Of a DNA stretch of 64,000 nt, positions 39,385-46,786 are shown in pieces. Positions within the stretch are counted from its first letter, which is position 1; each line of letters begins with the position of its first letter. A program made the translations under genes and the position numbers. Under the pieces are notes generated by a model, which was not told the DNA's origin, did not search any database, and saw only the letters and a list, made by a program, of their open reading frames with translations. The stretch spans positions 74,449 through 138,448 of the forward strand of contig CAWKAR010000033.1 in the NCBI GenBank assembly GCA_963847625.1, in the 5' to 3' direction. Origin of the DNA: a candidate division FCPU426 bacterium (GTDB taxonomy: Bacteria > Oederibacteriota > Muellerivitia > Muellerivitales > Muellerivitaceae).

Positions 39385-39461
39385 GGACGTTTAGCTCAGC
39401 TGGTTAGAGCGTCGCGTTCACATCGCGAAGGTCACTGGTTCAAGTCCAGTAACGTCCACCA
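39385..39461 (+). tRNA. tRNA-Val (anticodon CAC), CCA encoded
   Basis: Cloverleaf read by eye: acceptor GGACGTT/AACGTCC, D-arm GCTC..GAGC, anticodon stem TCGCG/CGCGA with loop TTCACAT, and a T-arm ACTGG-TTCAAGT-CCAGT. Confidence 0.85.
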
Positions 39462-39467
39462 CTTGAA

Positions 39468-39502
39468 AAAGCCCGTTTCCTGGGGGGAATGGGCTTTTTT
39501 TT
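39468..39502 (+). terminator. rho-independent terminator after tRNA-Val
   Basis: GC-rich hairpin gcccgtt..aatgggc followed by T8. Confidence 0.7.
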
Positions 39503-39748
39503 GGCCCCCTCCCGACCCTACTTATCAGAAGGGGCTCGAGAGGGATGAGTTTATGGCAGATCAGATCGTAGGCCAACAAGGTACTGACCAGGAAGTTCCC
39601 GGTTGCCGTTAAATAATCCCCGCCATAGAGTTCCGAATATGGAGGAAGGTCCAATGTATCGGGCTTAACTGTTTATATTCCCATAAGTCAGGCATAAAAA
39701 CCCAATTAGGACACCGCCCTTGACCTTTTAGTTTCAGAATGAGTTAAT

Positions 39749-40534
39749 ATGGGCTTATCAATGGAAACTTTATCTCAAATCATTCAAAAATCTAAAAAAC
39801 GCCTTCTTCAAATGCACTTCGAAAGCGGTGTAGGACACATCGGGGGCAATCTTTCCTGCCTGGACACCCTCATGGTTTTGCACCACCAAGTCCTAAAAAA
39901 AGAGGATCTCTTCATCCTTTCCAAGGGTCATGCCGCGGGAGCCCTTTATATCACTCTCTGGTCGAGGGGAAAACTCAAGGATGAGGATTTAAAGCTTTTT
40001 CACAAGGAACCCACCAAACTCAGCGGCCATCCCGCCCCCAACTGGCATGAGGATATTATTTTCGCCACCGGCAGTCTGGGGCATGGTTTTTCCCTGTCGG
40101 CCGGGCTGGCTTTGGCCAAAAAATTCAAGGGCGAATCTGGGAGGGTTTTCTGCCTGATGTCGGACGGAGAATGGCAGGAAGGCTCCAACTGGGAGGCTCT
40201 CATCTTTTCCCTCCACCAGAAATTGGAATCCTTGACTATCATCATTGACGCCAACGGCTTCCAGGGATTCGGATCGACCAAGGAAGTCGCCGGCTTGGAT
40301 TCCCTGAATGGGAAATTCCGTTCTTTTGGGATGCCTACCCAGGAGGTCAATGGCCATGATTTAAATGCCATGGAGAAGGCCCTCAATCAAAACACGCCCG
40401 GACCCCGGGCCATCATCGCCAATACCGTCAAGGGCCATGGTGTTTCTTTCATGGAAAATAAATGGGAATGGCATTACCTGCCCTTGAAAGAGGATCAGTA
40501 CCGCCAAGCCCTCCAAGAGATGGAAAAACCATGA
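39749..40534 (+). CDS. tkt: transketolase, N-terminal (TPP-binding) subunit of a split transketolase
   Basis: 261 aa with a GDG-type TPP motif (LMSDGEWQEGSNWEA) and HIGGNLS..SKGHA. ATGA coupling to the next gene. Confidence 0.8.
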   Translation: MGLSMETLSQIIQKSKKRLLQMHFESGVGHIGGNLSCLDTLMVLHHQVLKKEDLFILSKGHAAGALYITLWSRGKLKDEDLKLFHKEPTKLSGHPAPNWHEDIIFATGSLGHGFSLSAGLALAKKFKGESGRVFCLMSDGEWQEGSNWEALIFSLHQKLESLTIIIDANGFQGFGSTKEVAGLDSLNGKFRSFGMPTQEVNGHDLNAMEKALNQNTPGPRAIIANTVKGHGVSFMENKWEWHYLPLKEDQYRQALQEMEKP

Positions 40535-41436
40535 GAAACATCTTTTGCGATACCCTGGTTAAAAGCGCTGGCCGGCCCGACTTTGTTTTTCTCACTGGCG
40601 ATTTGGGATACATGGCCCTCGAACCCCTGCAAAAAGCCGCAAAAACACGTTTTATCAACGCGGGTATTTCGGAGCAAAACATGGTATCGGTGGCGGCAGG
40701 CCTGGCTAGAGGGGGTTTTTCCCCTTGGGCCTACAGTATTGCCCCTTTTATTTACGCCCGTCCCCTGGAGCAGGTCCGTAACGACGTGTGTTTCCACGAT
40801 TTGCCGGTCAAACTGGTTGCTAACGGCGGCGGCTACGCCTATGGGGTCATGGGGGCCACCCACCACGCCATCGAGGATTACGGCATCCTGCTTTCTCTTT
40901 TAAACATGCATGTTTTCGTTCCCGCTTTCGGGTCGGATATTCCGCCGATCGTGGAAAAACTCTTTCATTTAAACCATCCCTCCTATTTACGGCTGGGCCG
41001 CGATGAAAAACCCAAGGATTTGGAGATACCAAGTTACGCTCCCTGGCGAAAGGTCCTGGAAGGCGGAGGCCCTGTCCTTCTCATCGTCGGCCCTTTAGTC
41101 GGCGGAATTCTCTCCGTATTAAGCCAATTGGAAGAAAAAAAACGCCCTCGAATTTGGGTTTTAACCGAATTGCCCCTGGAGGAAGGAACCATTCCGGCGG
41201 AATTCCTAAACGATTTGCGGCATTCCAAGCGTCTGATGGTGGCCGAGGAACACGTGGCCCACGGGGGCGCCGGGGAAATGATAAGCCGGGTTCTTCTCTT
41301 AAAAGGGGAAGCCCCGAAACGATTTTCTCATTTTTACGCCCAAGGATACCCTTCCGGTTATTATGGGTCCCAGACTTTCCATCGAAAAGAATCCGGCTTG
41401 GCGGCGGACAACCTCTTGAAAGAATTGGAATTCTAA
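40531..41436 (+). CDS. tkt: transketolase, C-terminal (pyrimidine-binding/C-domain) subunit
   Basis: About 300 aa. Contains FINAGISEQNMVSVAAGLA. Its start overlaps the upstream stop (ATGA). The ORF in the six-frame track begins further upstream in the same frame. Confidence 0.8.
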   Translation: MRNIFCDTLVKSAGRPDFVFLTGDLGYMALEPLQKAAKTRFINAGISEQNMVSVAAGLARGGFSPWAYSIAPFIYARPLEQVRNDVCFHDLPVKLVANGGGYAYGVMGATHHAIEDYGILLSLLNMHVFVPAFGSDIPPIVEKLFHLNHPSYLRLGRDEKPKDLEIPSYAPWRKVLEGGGPVLLIVGPLVGGILSVLSQLEEKKRPRIWVLTELPLEEGTIPAEFLNDLRHSKRLMVAEEHVAHGGAGEMISRVLLLKGEAPKRFSHFYAQGYPSGYYGSQTFHRKESGLAADNLLKELEF

Positions 41437-43391
41437 TGCACATCGAGGAGAAGGTAAAAAAAATCCAAGGGCCCATATTGGTTTTAGGTGCCAGCGGTTT
41501 TATCGGCAGCCATCTGCTTCAAATGCTGTTGAAATACCGGGACGACGCCTTTGGCACGGTTTTCCATATCCCCGCGTGGCGGTTGGAGAGCTGCCCCCCG
41601 GCTCAGGTGCTCCACGCCGATCTCCTAGTGGACGCGAATCTGGATTCCCTTTTTAACCAGATCAACCCTAAAACGGTTTTTAACTGCGTCGCCTATGGCG
41701 CCTATTCTTTTGAAATCGACAGCTCCCTGATTTACCGCACCAATTTTAATATGACCGAGAAAATCCTCAGCCACCTGGAAAAAAGGAGTATTGCCGCTTA
41801 TGTCCATGCCGGCAGTTCTTCCGAATATGGCGATAACGCTTCAGGGCCGGTTGAAAACGATCCACTGGCCCCCAATAGCGATTACGCGGTTTCAAAGGTG
41901 GCGGCCGCGAATCTTCTTTTCTTTTATGGCTGCAAAAAAAACTTCCCCTGCGCCAACCTGCGCCTTTATTCGGTTTACGGCCCCTTGGAGGACTCCTCCC
42001 GGTTGATCCCGAACCTGGTTAAATCGGGCCTGGAAGGGAAATATCCCGAATTGGTCAACCCTGAGGTTTCACGTGACTTTGTCTATATCCAGGACGTTTG
42101 TGAAGCTTTCCTGGACACGGCCATCAACCTCAAGCCCCCTTATTACGGTGACTCATTCAATATCGGGAGCGGAAAAAAAACCACCATCCGAGAAGCGGCA
42201 AAAATAACCGGGGAACTCTTTAAGATCAAGAATCCGCCACCCTTTAATTCCATGCCCGAACGAAAATGGGACGTGAAAGATTGGTTTGCGGACACGCGCA
42301 AAGCCAAGGAACTCCTGGGTTGGGAAGCACGCACTTCCTTCCGGCAAGGGTTTGAGTTGACCGCCGCGTGGTATCAAAAGCTTGAGGACAAGGAAAAGTA
42401 CCGGAAGTCCTCCAAACTATTCGCGTTGGATGCCAAACACAGCCTCTCCGGCGTGATTTCCTGTTATAAAAACGCCGAGACCATTCCTTTGATATACGAA
42501 AGAGTAAAGGCGGCCTTTGAAAAACTAAAAATCGATTACGAAATCATTCTCGTGAATGACAACAGCCCGGATAACAGCGAGGAAATCATTCTCGACCTCA
42601 GCCGCAAGGACGACCATGTCATCGGAGTCTCCCATTCGAGCAAATTCGGTACCCAGGCGGCCTATCGAAGTGGAATGGAAATTTCCACCAAAAACGGGTG
42701 CGTGTTATTGAACGCCGACCTCCAGGATCCGCCGGAATTGATCGAAAAATTCGTGGAAAAATGGCGCGAAGGCAACGATGTGGTGTTTGGAAGGCAAAAA
42801 AACAGCGATATTCCTTTTTTCATGAGGACGGTTTACAACCTCTTTTATTTCATCTTTGATTACTTCTCTTACCTGGCCATTCCCCATTATGCCGGTGACT
42901 TTTCACTGATCGACCGGCGGGTGGTGAAAGCCATCCTCCAATTCCAGGAGAGGGCCTTTTTTATGAGGGGAGTCCGGGCCTACGTGGGATTCAAACAAAC
43001 GGGCGTGGACTACACCCGTACCGGAAACGCTTCGGGGAAAACCATCGCCAATTTCTTTAAAAACATCGATAACGCGAAGAAAGGGATCCTGTCTTACAGT
43101 TATACGCCCCTATCGATCCTCAGTTTCTCAGGATCCATGCTTTTCCTTTTGAGCCTGACCCTGGGCGCCCTGCAAGTCGTCGTCCGTTTGCTTTGGCCCG
43201 ACCGCGCCCCCAGGGGGACTACGACCATCCTTCTTGCTGTCCTCTTGTTCGGGTCCATTAATTTATTCGCCCTCGCCATTTTGGGCGAGTACATCGCCAA
43301 AATATTCGAGGAAGTCAAACAACGGCCGCACTTTATCCGGCGCAGCGTCATTAAGGGTGGCGAGGTCCGGTCAGTGATTGAAAATTCCTGA
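41436..43391 (+). CDS. fusion protein: N-terminal extended-SDR NAD-dependent sugar epimerase/dehydratase plus C-terminal ArnC/DPM1-like GT2 polyprenyl-phosphate glycosyltransferase with two C-terminal TM helices
   Basis: SDR region: GASGFIGSHL (GxxGxxG) and YAVSKVAAANL (YxxxK). GT2 region: ..EIILVNDNSPDNS.., SSKFGTQAAYRSG and LNADLQDPPELI (compare the DPM1/ArnC MDADLQHPP motif), then two TM helices. The start TAATG overlaps the upstream stop. Confidence 0.75.
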   Translation: MHIEEKVKKIQGPILVLGASGFIGSHLLQMLLKYRDDAFGTVFHIPAWRLESCPPAQVLHADLLVDANLDSLFNQINPKTVFNCVAYGAYSFEIDSSLIYRTNFNMTEKILSHLEKRSIAAYVHAGSSSEYGDNASGPVENDPLAPNSDYAVSKVAAANLLFFYGCKKNFPCANLRLYSVYGPLEDSSRLIPNLVKSGLEGKYPELVNPEVSRDFVYIQDVCEAFLDTAINLKPPYYGDSFNIGSGKKTTIREAAKITGELFKIKNPPPFNSMPERKWDVKDWFADTRKAKELLGWEARTSFRQGFELTAAWYQKLEDKEKYRKSSKLFALDAKHSLSGVISCYKNAETIPLIYERVKAAFEKLKIDYEIILVNDNSPDNSEEIILDLSRKDDHVIGVSHSSKFGTQAAYRSGMEISTKNGCVLLNADLQDPPELIEKFVEKWREGNDVVFGRQKNSDIPFFMRTVYNLFYFIFDYFSYLAIPHYAGDFSLIDRRVVKAILQFQERAFFMRGVRAYVGFKQTGVDYTRTGNASGKTIANFFKNIDNAKKGILSYSYTPLSILSFSGSMLFLLSLTLGALQVVVRLLWPDRAPRGTTTILLAVLLFGSINLFALAILGEYIAKIFEEVKQRPHFIRRSVIKGGEVRSVIENS

Positions 43392-43467
43392 TAAAGTTGG
43401 ATGAGCTTCCAAAGGCCGATCGCCAGGGTGGAACTTCCCGCTGTCCTGGTTTCCGGGTTACAATTCC

Positions 43468-44538
43468 CTAACGGGAATCACCGTAATAATAAAAAAGTTT
43501 TTTAACGTCGTTCTTCCCCCCAAAAGGTAGCTGGGTGCGCTCGATCCAGTCGATGGCGAATATCTGGTTTCCGCGGGGCCAGGTCAGCCGTCCAAGAACT
43601 CTTCCGGTGGCGGGATGGAGGGCGACGATACCACACCGGCTCTTGCGATGGTCCAAGCCCGGGGCGTAAGAATGAAACTTCGGAAGCACCTTGGAGACTC
43701 CCACAAAGAGAACATCCTTGACGAAACAAAGACCGCGCGTCCAGCTTTCAAGCCTTTGGACCGGCACAAAACGGTCTCCGAGGATAGGCCCGACTTCGCC
43801 GAAACCGCTGTTGTCCACCCATAAGTCCTTCCCGTGGAACCGGGCTGAATGGGGCCGCGTGAGCCCGCGCACCACCATTTCGCGTGTGCGCCCGGAAAAA
43901 ATCCCCCCCCTGCCTTCCACCGGGTAATCCGGATCACCGGGAACCTTCTTCGTCACTTGGTCGCTAGTAGCCGAGAAGAAAGAATCTCTCAATGTTCTTC
44001 CAGCCGCGATGGAGTTTAATTGAATGTGGTTTTTCTGAAAAATGGGTTTGCGGTCCCCGATGCATTTCGGCCACCAGACCCGCGTGGCTCCCAGGTCGTA
44101 ATCCAGCCGGACGACCACATTCTGGCCGACCGCGTTTCCATGCAGTTGGGCGCCGATGAAGGCGAGATCATGCAGGTAAAGACGTCCGGGAAGAAACCGC
44201 GCGCGGGTCGGCAAAAGGGGGTTTCCCCCCAGTTCCATCAAAAGGTTGGGGTTGCGGGTACAGGCGATATGGACTGTCCCTTTTGGGCGGTTGACGGCCA
44301 AACCGGATGGATGGGGGACATGAATCCACGTGGTGGTTGGGTGGCTTAAAGCCAGGACAAGATGCTCGTATTCCCGGGTCACTAAAAGGGTGATGCCGAG
44401 CCGTTCGAGGGTTTGCTTCCATCCCTTGTCCGCCTGGCACTCCAGAAGCTTGGGATCGACGCCCGTCTCGTTCCAAAGCCCTACGATTTGCGCCGGATCG
44501 CGTAGCATAAATTGATGTTTTTCGTGTAGCGGGTTCAT
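43468..44538 (-). CDS. hypothetical protein (about 356 aa), last gene of the sulfotransferase-like/GT2 operon
   Basis: I chose the start at ATG 44538 (MNPLHEKHQ..), which is ATGA-coupled to the GT2 stop. No motif recognised with confidence. Confidence 0.45.
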   Translation of the reverse strand: MNPLHEKHQFMLRDPAQIVGLWNETGVDPKLLECQADKGWKQTLERLGITLLVTREYEHLVLALSHPTTTWIHVPHPSGLAVNRPKGTVHIACTRNPNLLMELGGNPLLPTRARFLPGRLYLHDLAFIGAQLHGNAVGQNVVVRLDYDLGATRVWWPKCIGDRKPIFQKNHIQLNSIAAGRTLRDSFFSATSDQVTKKVPGDPDYPVEGRGGIFSGRTREMVVRGLTRPHSARFHGKDLWVDNSGFGEVGPILGDRFVPVQRLESWTRGLCFVKDVLFVGVSKVLPKFHSYAPGLDHRKSRCGIVALHPATGRVLGRLTWPRGNQIFAIDWIERTQLPFGGKNDVKKLFYYYGDSR

Positions 44539-45221
44539 TTCATTCTTAACCAAAGTTGGAAGGCCCCCCAATACATGCGCGCCGCGCTTTTGAAATTCGT
44601 CGTGGACTTGCCCCCGTGGCGGCTCCATCCCCCCTGCCGTATTTCCAAAACGGGTACCTTCATCCGGCTGCATCTTGCCAGAATCTCGGCATCCAGGAGG
44701 TCGCCGTCCGAGTCCAAGGAGACGCGACGCAAGAGGCTCGAATCGAAGATTTTAGGAGTTCCATTCACATCATGGCATTTTACGCGAAAAAGAATACAGC
44801 ACTCCAGGTTATACAACAGGGAGCCCATCTCCCGTAAAAAATGGCCCCGGGTGTGCCTCGAGATTTTAGCCATGGAGCCGGGTTTTTCCAAAAGTTGCTT
44901 GAAGAGCGCGGGAATCGTGGCCGGGTCGGTGCGGGCGGAATTGGCATAACAGAGAAAACGTCCCCGGGCCGATTCCAGGCCCTTTCTCACCGAAAGGCCC
45001 CATCCTCCCAACGGATTTTCAACGACACGGACATTTTTATGTTTTTTCGATAATTCCCGGCAAATTTGAGGAGAGTTATCCCAGCAAGCGTTGGGAACCA
45101 GGATGATTTCCCAGGGTTTTCCCCGGAACTCGCTCAAATAACTATCGATGACCCCAGCGATATGGTCGGCTTGGTTATGCACCGGAAGAACGACCGAAAG
45201 TTCCGGCTTCATCATCGCCAC
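44535..45221 (-). CDS. family-2 glycosyltransferase (GT-A fold)
   Basis: LSVVLPVHNQADHI (compare the GT2 motif LSVVIPxYNE) and a DXD-like region. 228 aa. Confidence 0.7.
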   Translation of the reverse strand: MAMMKPELSVVLPVHNQADHIAGVIDSYLSEFRGKPWEIILVPNACWDNSPQICRELSKKHKNVRVVENPLGGWGLSVRKGLESARGRFLCYANSARTDPATIPALFKQLLEKPGSMAKISRHTRGHFLREMGSLLYNLECCILFRVKCHDVNGTPKIFDSSLLRRVSLDSDGDLLDAEILARCSRMKVPVLEIRQGGWSRHGGKSTTNFKSAARMYWGAFQLWLRMK

Positions 45222-45239
45222 TTCCTGACGGGCAATCGA

Positions 45240-46178
45240 CTATCGCCAGAAATCTTCGTAACCCAGGATTTTAAGCCAGGGGCCCGCTTGTTCGCCGACT
45301 TGCTTGCGTTCCTCGGCGCTTAATTCCTTCGCGGTAGCCATATTGGCCTCGGACGTGGGGGTCCGGATGGTGCCCCAAGGATGAACCGTTTGGAGGGGTT
45401 GACTGTTCCATGACGGCTTCGCGAGTGTCGGCGCGGATTTCAAGCCGGCTTTTTCGCAAAAAGCGCCGAGCACACCCACGGGATCCTTCACGATATCCTC
45501 AAAACGAAGGACATGCACCCGTTTGGGCTCGCGTTCCTTCCAAAGCAGGGCGTAATACTGGCAAAGCGTCCAACCGATCAAGTAATGTTCGAGGGAAAGG
45601 GGAACAGCCCGTTTCTTGGTGTCCGCGTAGGCGGACCAAGGGTTGCGGACGATGTGAAGGATTTGGAAATCCGGCGAATCCGCCAAAATCCTGGGGGCGT
45701 CCACGACGATGATGGGGCTGTAACCCACATAAGCCTGAGGATCGGACGGCCTTTTATAATCCTTCCAAGCCTCAAAGGTTGAATAGTAGAAGGATTCCAC
45801 AATCCGGGCGCGGGTTCTCGGCCCCTTGGCCAGGTGTTCGATGAAGATTTTCCTGCGCTCGGCGTCGTCCAATTGCATCGGCGTGTCGCGGAACTTGCTC
45901 GACTGGGGAGTCTTGATGCGCACCTTGCATTCCTCGTCGATAATGGCGTGATAATCCCCCGCCGGGGATGCGCTGAGATCAAAAACCGGCCAGCGGTACT
46001 TTTGGGGGAATGTCGACTCGAAATGGTCCCGTACCAGGCGGGTGCCCGGCTGGGACTCGAAAGGATATACGAACAGCTGGGGATGGCCGTCGAGCAGGCG
46101 GTGCGTCGTATTGCCGCCATTTTCGTACATCGCGGAGATCATGATCAGCTTGAATTTGTCGGGCATGGCACGCTCCAA
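45240..46178 (-). CDS. sulfotransferase-family-like protein (tentative)
   Basis: 312 aa. The N-terminal P-loop-like IMISAMYENGGNTTH and overall composition resemble bacterial sulfotransferase families. I could not confirm a PAPS-binding motif by eye. Confidence 0.35.
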   Translation of the reverse strand: MERAMPDKFKLIMISAMYENGGNTTHRLLDGHPQLFVYPFESQPGTRLVRDHFESTFPQKYRWPVFDLSASPAGDYHAIIDEECKVRIKTPQSSKFRDTPMQLDDAERRKIFIEHLAKGPRTRARIVESFYYSTFEAWKDYKRPSDPQAYVGYSPIIVVDAPRILADSPDFQILHIVRNPWSAYADTKKRAVPLSLEHYLIGWTLCQYYALLWKEREPKRVHVLRFEDIVKDPVGVLGAFCEKAGLKSAPTLAKPSWNSQPLQTVHPWGTIRTPTSEANMATAKELSAEERKQVGEQAGPWLKILGYEDFWR

Positions 46179-46353
46179 AATTTATTAAGGTTGAACACTT
46201 CACTTAAAAACAAGAATAATAATCATATCGCAGGAATCATCATTCCTAAAATCAAATATTTCGACAAACATGATTAAAAAAACCGAAAATCCATGAAATT
46301 TCCAATCAAAATACGAGAAATATGATAACAACATTTCAGTTATGGAAAACTAT

Positions 46354-46436
46354 ACCGGCTGCCATGGCCCCTGGCTTGTGCCGATTTTCATAACAGACTT
46401 ATGGGGAATCGGTGCATGCCCCGGCCAAGTAGCGAC
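46354..46436. repeat. conserved intergenic palindromic element, copy A (shared core CATGCCCCGGCCAAGTrGCGAC)
   Basis: ACCGGCTG..GGCCCC.GGCTT..CATGCCCCGGCCAAGTAGCGAC. A homologous copy lies at 53036..53116. Confidence 0.6.
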
Positions 46437-46786
46437 CCGAAACCCTGCCTACGCTGTGCCGATCTACAAGAAATAAATAATGAAATCGGTACTTTACCGA
46501 CCTGCCCAAAAGCCTAATGGATAGTCGGCATGTGGTGCGGAGGGCCATCTCTTGACAAATCAGCCAGGATTTTTAAGAAGAAACGATTTGACCCTTCAAA
46601 GGACATTGTTGGGGGAAGCGAACAAAGTCCTTGCCCTGAGGAATGTTAACAGGCTGACGGAAATTCACCGTGTTACTATGGGGCCTCCGAAACCCACTCC
46701 CCCACTTGATGAAGTGTCCCCGCTTGAACCCTAGGTTGGTTTTTTTGCGAAAATGAATCAGTAAAATTATTAAAAATCGTATTGAA

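Noticed and set aside
39418-39654. A 78-aa minus-strand ORF overlapping tRNA-Val and its terminator
   Set aside because: It overlaps a confidently folded tRNA and an intrinsic terminator, so it is spurious.
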